Below, in pieces: positions 1 to 7,779 of a DNA stretch of 64,000 nucleotides; positions within the stretch are counted from its first letter, which is position 1; every line of letters starts with the position of its first letter. The DNA is from an uncultured Gemmatimonadales bacterium (GTDB lineage: Bacteria; Gemmatimonadota; Gemmatimonadetes; Gemmatimonadales; Gemmatimonadaceae). The stretch covers positions 3,360,001 through 3,424,000 of the forward strand of contig CAWKMU010000003.1 in NCBI GenBank assembly GCA_963850905.1, written 5' to 3'. Position numbers and translations under genes: made by a program. The notes beneath the pieces are model-generated. The model was given only the letters and a program-made list of their open reading frames with translations. It searched no databases and was not told the DNA's origin.

Positions 1-169
1 GCTGCTGTACGCGGTGACGCGGCCGCTGTGGCCCGCCGTCCAGCGGGCGTTCCCGGACAGCGTGACGACCAGTGAGCATCTGGGACGCGCCATGCTGGCG
101 GTGGCGAGCCGCGGTTACCCCAAGCGAGTGCTCGAGACACGCGACATTAACAACGTGAGCAGCGGATGA
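1..169 (+). CDS. 3' end of probable NAD(P)-dependent epimerase/dehydratase-like protein (partial)
   Basis: Frame from base 2 reads LLYAVTRPLWPAVQRAFPDSVTTSEHLGRAMLAVASRGYPKRVLETRDINNVSSG*; its TGA (167-169) overlaps the next ATG (ATGA). Confidence 0.55.
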   Translation, partial: LLYAVTRPLWPAVQRAFPDSVTTSEHLGRAMLAVASRGYPKRVLETRDINNVSSG

Positions 170-1545
170 ATCGACCAGCGCAGTGGTGGCGTCGCGCTGC
201 GCTGACGTTTGGCGTTGCGGCATCGGCGGCCGGCGCGCAACAGCCGTCGACGCTGGACGGCGTCTGGATGACGGAGGGGTACGGCCTGGCGCTTCGGATG
301 CACGGGGATGCGATGCAGGCCTTCGAGCTGACGGCAATCAGTTGCATCCCGTCCTTCGGCGCACACCAGGTCCCGACCAATGGGCAGGCCATCGTCTTCC
401 AGGCCGACGGCGATCCGACCACGTTCCGCGTGCTGCCGGGCGCTGCGGGGGATGCGCGGCGGCTCCACGAAGACGGCGCCGCGTCGGACAAGATCATCCA
501 TCGCATCGCGAGCCTGCCAACGGTATGTGCACACCCCGTCCCGAACGACCCCACGACGAACTTCGACGTGTTTTGGCAGACGTATCGGGAGCAGTACCCA
601 TTCTTCGCGCTGCGACACGTCGATTGGGACGCCACACGTCGCCAGTTTCGTCCGCGCGCAGCTGGTGCGTCGCCCGAGCAGCTGTTCGGGATCCTGCGGG
701 CGATGATCGAGCCCCTGCATGACGCGCACACGTACATCGGCGCCCCCGACACGGCACTCCGGTATCACGGTGAGCGCCCCGATCCGGAGCCGATCGATGC
801 CGCCAGAAGGGAACGGGTACTGCAGATCATCATGACCAGCTACCTCCGCACGCCGTTGCACCAGTTTGCGCGCGGGTGGGTGCGGTTCGGGATGCTGCAG
901 GACTCGATCGCCTACCTCCGGGTCGCGTCGTTTTGTTGCTACGTCCAGGACAGTGGGTACGCCGCCGATCGGCGCGTTCTCGACGCGGCCCTCGACACCA
1001 TCTTTGCCTCCACGAGCGGCTGGCGTGGGCTCGTGATCGACGTGCGTCTCAACGGCGGCGGCGACGACCCGTTGGGCCTCGCCATTGCGAGCCGACTGGC
1101 GACGGCACCGTACATGGCGTACGCAAAAGTGGCGCGTCGAGACACCACGAATCCGCTCCTCATGACTGATCGACAACCCAGCATCGTTGAGCCCAGCACA
1201 CGGCCGGGGTGGCGCGGTCCGGTCGTGGAGCTCATCAGTCGCCACAGCGTGAGTGCGGCGGAGACCTTCACGCAGACCCTCATGGCGCGCCAGCCCGCCA
1301 TAGCTCGGATTGGTGAGAACACCCAGGGCGTCTTCTCCAATGTCCTGGGGCGCCGCTTGCCAAACGGGTGGCGCTTTGGCCTCCCCAACGAGCTCTTCTT
1401 GACTGCCGAGGGAACGAGCTTCGATGGAGACGGGATCCCGCCAACGATAGCCGTTGCGACCTTTGCGGCCGCCGACCTCGCGGCCGGCCGGGATCCCGCG
1501 CTCGACCGCGCGATTGCCGTGATCGAGGGTGGCAAGACCCGGTAA
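166..1545 (+). CDS. Secreted S41-family peptidase
   Basis: Signal peptide (AAGAQQ); S41 motifs DVRLNGGG, SVSAAE (catalytic Ser), IGENTQG; LHDAHT segment. Confidence 0.9.
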   Translation: MNRPAQWWRRAALTFGVAASAAGAQQPSTLDGVWMTEGYGLALRMHGDAMQAFELTAISCIPSFGAHQVPTNGQAIVFQADGDPTTFRVLPGAAGDARRLHEDGAASDKIIHRIASLPTVCAHPVPNDPTTNFDVFWQTYREQYPFFALRHVDWDATRRQFRPRAAGASPEQLFGILRAMIEPLHDAHTYIGAPDTALRYHGERPDPEPIDAARRERVLQIIMTSYLRTPLHQFARGWVRFGMLQDSIAYLRVASFCCYVQDSGYAADRRVLDAALDTIFASTSGWRGLVIDVRLNGGGDDPLGLAIASRLATAPYMAYAKVARRDTTNPLLMTDRQPSIVEPSTRPGWRGPVVELISRHSVSAAETFTQTLMARQPAIARIGENTQGVFSNVLGRRLPNGWRFGLPNELFLTAEGTSFDGDGIPPTIAVATFAAADLAAGRDPALDRAIAVIEGGKTR

Positions 1546-1707
1546 GCCTGTCCGAGGGCAGTGGTCCGTCGGATGGCCGTACCCGCCGCCGAATCGAAGC
1601 GGCGTGTGCCGTGTATTAGTTTTTCCGCAGTTGGGATCGGTCTGACGCCTTTCGCTCGCTGGTGGGCCGGGAGCACTTCCGTGGATTACGGTGCCGGCGG
1701 ATGCAGT

Positions 1708-2577
1708 GTGAGGTGCTGTCGAGCCACGACGTCATGGACGTGGACCGTGCTGCTCGTTGTGGCGGCTGCCGGTTGCTCGCACCCGACCGACGTCGCCAGC
1801 GTGAGCCGCATCGCGGTGACGCCGCCGACCGCGACGCTCGGGGTGCGCGATCAGCTCACCCTCGAGGCATCGCTCCTTGGGGGGTCCGGCGGTGCGCCCG
1901 GCGGCCCATCGATCTTCTGGTCGACCGAGGATTCATCGATCGCGCTCGTGTCGTCGACGGGGGTGGTCACGGCCATGGCGCCCGGCGTTGTACGTATTGC
2001 CGCCAGTGCAGAGGGGGTGTCCGGCACGGCGACGATCACCGTGCCCGTCGTGCAGGTCGCGTCGGTCACCGTCGTGCCGGACACCATCCGGCTCGCGCCG
2101 ACCGGTGCAGCTCGGCTCCTTGCGACCGCGTACGATGGATCGGGCAACATCGTCAACGGACTCGCCGTCACATGGGGCAGCAGCAACACGATGGTGGCAA
2201 CCGTGGATCAGACCGGGGCGGTGACGGCGGTGAGCGCGGGATCCTCCACTGTCAGCGCGGCGATCGGCGGGAAGATCGGGTCCGCCGCCGTGCTGGTCGC
2301 CGCACCGCAGGTGGCGACCGTCCTCATCGTGCCCGACACGCTCAACCTCGCCCTGGGGACGTCGGGTCGGTTGCAAGCCACTGCGTACGATGCGCATGGC
2401 GGCGTGATCACCGGATTGCCGGTGGCGTGGGGCAGCGCCAACGACGGGGTGGCGACGGTCGATGCCACTGGCACCGTCACCGGTACGGGGCGCGGTACCA
2501 CCAGCGTGTCTGCCGCGATCGGCGGCAAGGAGGGTTCGGCGACGGTGATCGTCGGGCCGCATGGGCCAAAGAATTAG
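1708..2577 (+). CDS. Lipoprotein with three bacterial Ig-like (Big_2-type) repeats
   Basis: Lipobox-like LLVVAAAG-C; three repeats with W-x-S/T-x-x-x-x-V/IA-x-V...G-x-V-T; GTG start at 1708 chosen within ORF 1561..2577. Confidence 0.8.
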   Translation: MRCCRATTSWTWTVLLVVAAAGCSHPTDVASVSRIAVTPPTATLGVRDQLTLEASLLGGSGGAPGGPSIFWSTEDSSIALVSSTGVVTAMAPGVVRIAASAEGVSGTATITVPVVQVASVTVVPDTIRLAPTGAARLLATAYDGSGNIVNGLAVTWGSSNTMVATVDQTGAVTAVSAGSSTVSAAIGGKIGSAAVLVAAPQVATVLIVPDTLNLALGTSGRLQATAYDAHGGVITGLPVAWGSANDGVATVDATGTVTGTGRGTTSVSAAIGGKEGSATVIVGPHGPKN

Positions 2578-2762
2578 CTACGCCCCGCTGCGGACTGGTC
2601 CGCCCTCGACCAACGCCCCACGCCGCGTGCAGATTGGAGCGCAGGCAGCCACCCGGCGCCGATCGCTTGGCGGTACTCCACCGCCGATGGCCTACGGGCT
2701 CTGGTTGCGTGAGCGGCCCGGGGCCGCGTGGGACTGAGCCCCTGACAACGAGGAATCCGCTG

Positions 2763-3818
2763 ATGCAGGTGATCCCGCGCACGACCCGGCGAGTGCTCGC
2801 TCTAGGGTACAGTGTGAGTTGTGCCGCCGCACTGTCGACGGGCGCTCTCGCGGCGCAAAATGCGGGGCAGACCCTGTTCGTGGAGAACAGCAACAGCGGC
2901 GACGTCTCGGTCATCGACAACGCCACGCTGCGGGTCGTCGGCACGATTCCGCTGGGCCTCTCGCCTGACGACGTCATCGCCTCGCCCGACGGCTCGACGT
3001 TGTATGTGAGTCGGATCGTCCGCCAGGACAACGGCCGCCCCACGGGCCGCGGCGAGGTGGTAGCCGTCGATCCCACCGCGCGGACGATCCGGTGGCGGGC
3101 GGCATTCGCTGGTGTACCGAACCATCTCGCGGCGTCGCCCAATGGCAAACAGATCTACGTCACGATCGTCTCCTCGAGCTATGTCGATATTATCGATCCC
3201 GCCCGCCATGCGGTGGTCGACAGCGTAGATGTGGGGATTGGTCCCCACGACATCGTTGTCTCGCCCGACGGGCGGCGCATCTATGTGGGGCTGATCCGCG
3301 GCAACAAGGTGACGATCTTCGATGCCGCGACCCATCACATCATTCGCCAGATCCCCTTTGAGGCCGGCGTGCGGCCGATCGCCGTCACGCAGGACGAGCG
3401 CCGGCTCTTCGTGCAGCTCTCGAGCTTCCACGGATTTGCCGTCGTCGATCCGTCGACCGGAGAGACGATCCGTCGCGTGGCGATGCCGCTCGCGCCCGGG
3501 CGCACGCTGCCGGACTCGATGCCGGTCACAGCGGACCACGGACTCCGCATCACGGCTGACGGGCGCTATCTCGTCGCCAACGGGAGCATGGAGAACCTCG
3601 TGGCGGTATATGCGCTCCCGGATCTGTCGCTCGTCGGCACCATTCCGGTCGGCGACGATCCCAACTGGGTGACCTTCTCGCCGGACGGAGCGCGGGTCTA
3701 CATCAGCAATCGCGGGTCTGACGACGTGTCGGTCATCGACCTCGCGACGCGGCGGGAGATCGCGCGGATCAAGGTCGGCCGCTACCCGGAGCGGATGGCG
3801 GCGGTGGCGGCTCGCTGA
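2763..3818 (+). CDS. Secreted YVTN/YncE-like beta-propeller protein
   Basis: GAGG RBS before ATG 2763; signal peptide; repeated SPDGxxxYV / VSVID blade motifs. Confidence 0.88.
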   Translation: MQVIPRTTRRVLALGYSVSCAAALSTGALAAQNAGQTLFVENSNSGDVSVIDNATLRVVGTIPLGLSPDDVIASPDGSTLYVSRIVRQDNGRPTGRGEVVAVDPTARTIRWRAAFAGVPNHLAASPNGKQIYVTIVSSSYVDIIDPARHAVVDSVDVGIGPHDIVVSPDGRRIYVGLIRGNKVTIFDAATHHIIRQIPFEAGVRPIAVTQDERRLFVQLSSFHGFAVVDPSTGETIRRVAMPLAPGRTLPDSMPVTADHGLRITADGRYLVANGSMENLVAVYALPDLSLVGTIPVGDDPNWVTFSPDGARVYISNRGSDDVSVIDLATRREIARIKVGRYPERMAAVAAR

Positions 3819-3841
3819 GCGCGGTTCCCCCGCGGCCGTCG

Positions 3842-4330
3842 GTGTCGCCCCTCGAGCCGAGGGCGGGGAGAGTGCTTCCGGTCCTCACGACGCGGCGCGA
3901 GTTCATTTGCGGCGCGGCGCGGACCCTGGTGGCGGGCGTGGCCGCTCCACTCCTCCTGTCGGCCTGTCACTCGGGCGCGCTGGGCACGACTGCCGCTCCC
4001 GTTGCCGCGTCGGGGCAGCGGGTGGACGCGGACGTCAGTCGCCTTGCAGCCGACGGCGATTGGCTGATCGCCCCATGGATGGGCTCCGACGCCGCGCCCG
4101 TGCTCGTGGTGCGGCAGTCGGCCGGGCAGTACCTCGCGCTCTCGATGCAATGCACGCACATGGGCTGCCCAGTCAACGCGCCGGTGCAGGGGGTGATGAC
4201 GTGCCCCTGCCACGGCTCGCAGTTCGACCTGGCCGGGCAGGTCCGACACGGACCCGCGCAGTACCCGCTCGGCCGGTACGCAACGGCCTTCGACGCCACG
4301 ACGAAGCGGGTAACGGTCACACTCGGCTGA
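3842..4330 (+). CDS. Rieske [2Fe-2S] protein, probable Tat-exported lipoprotein
   Basis: CTHMGC and CPCHGSQFD Rieske boxes; TTRREFI twin-arginine motif; LLLSA-C lipobox. Confidence 0.9.
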   Translation: MSPLEPRAGRVLPVLTTRREFICGAARTLVAGVAAPLLLSACHSGALGTTAAPVAASGQRVDADVSRLAADGDWLIAPWMGSDAAPVLVVRQSAGQYLALSMQCTHMGCPVNAPVQGVMTCPCHGSQFDLAGQVRHGPAQYPLGRYATAFDATTKRVTVTLG

Positions 4331-4365
4331 ACGCGGCAACGACGATTCGTCGCCCCGTTCAGCCG
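4324..4365. terminator. GC-rich hairpin between convergent genes
   Basis: CGGCTGAACG...CGTTCAGCCG arms with inner CGACGA/TCGTCG pairing; no U tract. Confidence 0.4.
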
Positions 4366-4511
4366 CCGAAGGGTCGTGTCATTGGGTCGGTGTCGTCTGG
4401 ATTATAGAGTCGCTGGAACGTGAACACGCTCAGCCCACCGCCGCTCGCGACAGCGCTGGTCGACACGCTATTCGCGACCTGCATCACGTAGTCGGTGACG
4501 GATGGTTCGGG

Positions 4512-4940
4512 CTACGGGGACGTCAGGGGGGTGACGCGGCGGAGCGTGTCGGCAGACTCGACGCCGTCCAGCGTGAGCGTGCCCGGGATGCTGGCCTGAC
4601 TCGCGACCTCCCCGGTGAAGCTGCCCGTGCCCGGTTCCATCTCGAACGACACGGCGATGGCCGAGCCCATGAGCGTGCCGTGGACCGGGCTGCCATCGAC
4701 GATGCTGCCGCAGGCTGCGACGAGGTTGCAGACAGCGACCCCGGAGATCGAGTCGCCCGAGGATTCGAACGTGAAGGAGAGATCCGTCGTGGCCCACTGG
4801 CCGGCGATGTCGAACAATGCGGGTGCGGCCGACGGCGCCGCGGTGTCGCTGCAGCCACCCAGGGTGAGCGCGCCCGCGGCAGCGCACACGACGGCTCGAA
4901 CCGCGATCGAACCCAACCGGTGGCCATCCTGGGAGCGCAT
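4512..4940 (-). CDS. Hypothetical exported lipoprotein
   Basis: ORF 4512..5081; likely start ATG 4940 (or 4952); ALTLGG-C lipobox followed by beta-rich DIAGQW... domain. Confidence 0.6.
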   Translation of the reverse strand: MRSQDGHRLGSIAVRAVVCAAAGALTLGGCSDTAAPSAAPALFDIAGQWATTDLSFTFESSGDSISGVAVCNLVAACGSIVDGSPVHGTLMGSAIAVSFEMEPGTGSFTGEVASQASIPGTLTLDGVESADTLRRVTPLTSP

Positions 4941-4943
4941 CCT

Positions 4944-4963
4944 GAGTTGCATAAGTGCAACTC
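4944..4963. promoter_or_regulatory. Operator-like inverted repeat GAGTTGCA-TAAG-TGCAACTC
   Basis: Perfect 8-bp arms with 4-bp spacer, directly upstream of ATG 4940. Confidence 0.5.
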
Positions 4964-5184
4964 GGGGGCCGGTGCTGGCTCGGCGCGCGACCGATCCGTC
5001 GGCCGTTGGATGCATTACCTGAGGCGTAGTGGCCGAATCGATTGACGGCAAGCGAGTTGTGGCGAGCGGCAGTGTTGACACTGCTGCGGGTGGACCCCGA
5101 TGACGCCCGTCGACACCCCCCGGCGTGCCGGCTTCGCTGTTTCCCGTCCGGCGCGATAGTGGTGGCGAACTGTCGTCCTGACAT

Positions 5185-5212
5185 ACTGCGTATAAGAGGT
5201 ATTATGTAAACT
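5185..5212 (+). other. dif: dif-type XerC/XerD recombination site
   Basis: ACTGCGTATAA-GAGGTA-TTATGTAAACT: 11-6-11 layout, XerD arm TTATGTAAACT as in the B. subtilis dif, intergenic AT-rich island. Confidence 0.88.
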
Positions 5213-5249
5213 TCCCACCCACATAGGGTGTGGAGAACTCCGACCTCGG

Positions 5250-6071
5250 TTACCCGATGGGGTCGCGGACCGGACCGGCTGGGCCGCCACCCGGGCTCGC
5301 CCGCCGCTCCGCCGGCGGCGCGCTCAGGTCCGCGACCGGATCGCGCTTCTCGGCCCGGATGAAGGCGTCCAGCGTCCGGTGCGTCACACGCAGCCGACGC
5401 GCGAGCGCGGTCTCGATCGAGTCCGATCGGCGGAGACCGCTCACGGTCGTGAGCAGCTGGTCGAGCGTGAACCGCTGCGCCCGCGCGGCGAAGGCCGCCA
5501 AGCTCTCGGGCCAGAGCGCGTACCCAATGATCCGCGAGGCCGGCATCGACGGCGCCGCGAGCGGCAACACGGCCAGGGCCAGCCGCTCGAGCGGACTCGT
5601 CCCGTCGCGGTAGCGCGGATACGGCGGCGTCCCCCAGTCGATCGGCGCGCGTTTGCCCCACCCGCTGAGCCCGGCGTCGGAGAGGATCGCCTCATAGCCC
5701 GGCGGACGCTTGGCCGCCGGCACCGTCGGGGGCGCGTCGATCAAATGGTCGAGGACCCCGATCGGGACGCCCAAGCGCGTCGCCAGGAGCACGCGGACCC
5801 GGTTGTACCGCCGGTGTCGGCGAAAGAGGTTCGCCACCTGCGAGTCGTCCACACCCGCCCCGCTCGCCCACGCCGCCAGCGACTCCGGGTACATGACGAG
5901 CTGCACGACTTCGCTGGCCGACAGCGCCGCAATGTGTCGCTCCACATTGTCGACGGCCGACCGCACGATGGGATCGTCCGGCCCGCGCTCGAGGGACGCC
6001 GGCGATCGCCCCTCCGGAGCGCCGCCCGTGGCGCTCGACCCCCCAGGCGCCCGCACCGGCCGGTCGGCCAC
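5250..6071 (-). CDS. Hypothetical protein with two tandem HTH-like (Ner/Cro-like) repeats
   Basis: Internal repeat YPESLAAWA...LATRLGV...LDHLI versus WPESLAAFA...LARRLRV...LDAFI; own upstream promoter. Confidence 0.7.
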   Translation of the reverse strand: MADRPVRAPGGSSATGGAPEGRSPASLERGPDDPIVRSAVDNVERHIAALSASEVVQLVMYPESLAAWASGAGVDDSQVANLFRRHRRYNRVRVLLATRLGVPIGVLDHLIDAPPTVPAAKRPPGYEAILSDAGLSGWGKRAPIDWGTPPYPRYRDGTSPLERLALAVLPLAAPSMPASRIIGYALWPESLAAFAARAQRFTLDQLLTTVSGLRRSDSIETALARRLRVTHRTLDAFIRAEKRDPVADLSAPPAERRASPGGGPAGPVRDPIG

Positions 6072-6201
6072 TAGGCGCCCGGCCCCGCGTGGTCCACACC
6101 CACTCGCACAATCGCGTCAGTCGTGTGCAACGGCCTCCCGTCGGCGGTCAGCGGCCCCCCAGTTGCGGCCCCCTGCAGCCGGCCTCGGGGACGCGCCGGA
6201 G

Positions 6202-6230
6202 AACCTACTGAGACATCACGCGAGGGTCAA
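6202..6230 (-). promoter_or_regulatory. sigma70-type promoter for the tandem-HTH gene
   Basis: Minus strand TTGACC (6230-6225), 17 nt, TAGGTT (6207-6202). Confidence 0.55.
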
Positions 6231-6398
6231 TGCACTAAGCGGTTGACAGGGTGGTGCTTGTGCGGGCGTCGCCCGCGCCGGTGTCTGCCCCCGCGGAAAG
6301 GGATCGTTGCAGAGGAAACTTTCCACATCTCATCTTCATTTCCATGGCGCCTCAGGCCCTCGCGACACCATCGCCGCACCCCATGACCGATCAGGGCC

Positions 6399-6423
6399 AA
6401 AAAAAAACGCCCCGAGCGGGGCG
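6399..6423 (-). terminator. Rho-independent terminator downstream of the HAD gene
   Basis: Minus strand CGCCCC-GCTC-GGGGCG stem-loop followed by T9. Confidence 0.85.
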
Positions 6424-6514
6424 ACAGTCGGGCCGAAACGCGCCCCCTCACGAGGTCAGTCGGAAGACCAGCGGCCTACGCTCTCCTGTCTGCAGGTCGA
6501 CTGTCTCGGGCGCT

Positions 6515-7252
6515 TTAGCGCCCGCCCCTCACCCCGCTCCCGACGGCCGATCCGCTCCCCCCACCCCGACCCGACCCGACCCGCTCCGGGTCGTCGCTCA
6601 ACAGGCGATCGATCAGCTCCACTACGCCGGCGCCATGGTCACCCACGGTCACAAGATCGGCGCGCTCCTTGAGCGCCGGCACCGCGTTCGCCACCGCGAC
6701 TCCACACCCGGCCGCCGCCAGAAACGCGTGGTCGTTCTCCCCATCACCCACCGCGACCACGTCCCGCGCCGACAGCCCCAGCTCCTCCACCGCGGCCACC
6801 AACCCCGTCGCCTTGTTCACGCCCAATGGCAGCACCATGACGGCGCCCTTGTTGAAGATCACCTCGTGCTCGAGGCCGAGGTCCCGGATCGCCTCCAGCA
6901 CGTCCACCTCGTACGGCTCCCGCGTCGCCACGATCACGCGTCCCACCGAGAGCGGTGTCACGCCGCGGTCCCGAAGCACCCGCACCAGCGCCTCCGGCGC
7001 GGGCTCCGCCAGGACACGCTCCCGTCGCGTCGCCGGGTCGTAGACGACCGCCCCGTTCTCGGCCACCACCCGACTGAACCAGCCGAGCTCGGGACACACT
7101 CGGGCGAGATCGTCGAGCTCCCGACCGGTCACCAGAATGACCTTCCGGCCCGACACTCGGTAGCGCTCCATCGCCGCGGCCGTGACATCATCCACACGGC
7201 CACCCGTCGCGAGCGTTCCGTCGTAGTCCGTTGCCAGCGCCAGATATCGCAC
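6515..7252 (-). CDS. HAD-superfamily hydrolase (Cof/IIB type)
   Basis: Motif I DYDGTL, motif II VTGR, NKATG, motif IV GDGEND. Confidence 0.92.
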   Translation of the reverse strand: MRYLALATDYDGTLATGGRVDDVTAAAMERYRVSGRKVILVTGRELDDLARVCPELGWFSRVVAENGAVVYDPATRRERVLAEPAPEALVRVLRDRGVTPLSVGRVIVATREPYEVDVLEAIRDLGLEHEVIFNKGAVMVLPLGVNKATGLVAAVEELGLSARDVVAVGDGENDHAFLAAAGCGVAVANAVPALKERADLVTVGDHGAGVVELIDRLLSDDPERVGSGRGGGSGSAVGSGVRGGR

Positions 7253-7282
7253 TCGTCGCCCCCATAGACCCCCAGCGTCAGC

Positions 7283-7298
7283 GCACGGGGGGTGCCAA
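7283..7298 (-). promoter_or_regulatory. Candidate sigma54 (-24/-12) promoter for the HAD gene
   Basis: Minus strand TTGGCAC-CCCCC-GTGC with exact GG-N10-GC spacing, about 30 nt upstream of GTG 7252. Confidence 0.45.
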
Positions 7299-7343
7299 GA
7301 TCCTCAAGGCCGAGCCTGCCCCACTCCACGCACAGCTCGACCC

Positions 7344-7369
7344 CGAAACTCTACCCTCCGAGCCCCGTA
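7344..7369 (+). promoter_or_regulatory. Candidate ECF sigma promoter
   Basis: CGAAAC-N16-CGTA, matching the TGAAAC-N16-CGTA sigmaW-type consensus. Confidence 0.5.
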
Positions 7370-7446
7370 GTGATCAACAGAGGGGTAACAGCATACCCGG
7401 GCGTGCGCCGCCATGTGGCCGGCGCCCCCTTCGACGTGGGAGGCCA

Positions 7447-7779
7447 GTGGCTGACGGGTTGGAAGGGGTTCTCGCGATTGTCGGCTTCTTCGTCTTCGGG
7501 GCGTATACCGTGACCACGTTGGCTCGCCTGTTCGTGCAATGGCGGACGCACCCGCGCGCGACCGGCATCGACCCCGTGGCCCTCGAGGAGCGTTTGACCA
7601 GAATCGAGGCGGCACTCGAGAACGTCGGCGCCGAGGCGCAGCGCCTGACCGAGGGACAGCGCTTCTTCGCCGAACTCCTGACGAATCGCTCCGCACCGCC
7701 CGTCATCGCTGGCTCCCGCAATGGGGATCACCTCGAGAGGCACGCGACACCGTCTCGTTTGAACCCGGGAGGCGTGTGA
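7447..7779 (+). CDS. Small membrane protein (TM helix plus coiled coil), PspB-like; paralog 1
   Basis: GGGAGG RBS, GTG start; hydrophobic N-terminus, then LEERLTRIEAALENVGAEAQRLTEGQRFFAELL. Confidence 0.75.
   Translation: MADGLEGVLAIVGFFVFGAYTVTTLARLFVQWRTHPRATGIDPVALEERLTRIEAALENVGAEAQRLTEGQRFFAELLTNRSAPPVIAGSRNGDHLERHATPSRLNPGGV

Noticed and set aside
115..1245. Long antisense or alternate-frame ORFs (for example 115..1245, 15119..17155, 31936..33987, 40357..42216)
   Set aside because: Arg/Ala/Pro-rich shadow ORFs expected in high-GC DNA, overlapping well-supported genes.
1662..3818. 718-aa fusion ORF in the track
   Set aside because: The N-terminal half is an out-of-frame shadow of the Ig-repeat gene; the propeller has its own RBS, ATG (2763) and signal peptide.
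6235..6345. 36-codon minus-strand ORF (MEMKMRCGKF...) between the terminator and the tandem-HTH promoter
   Set aside because: Short, no recognisable motif, and directly downstream of a strong terminator; cannot be supported without ribosome profiling.
6452..6476. SRP (4.5S) RNA domain IV-like motif GGTCAGTCGGAAGACCAGCGGCC
   Set aside because: It lacks the conserved CAGG/AGCA internal loop, and the U-tailed terminator is on the opposite strand; kept only as an unassigned structured RNA.
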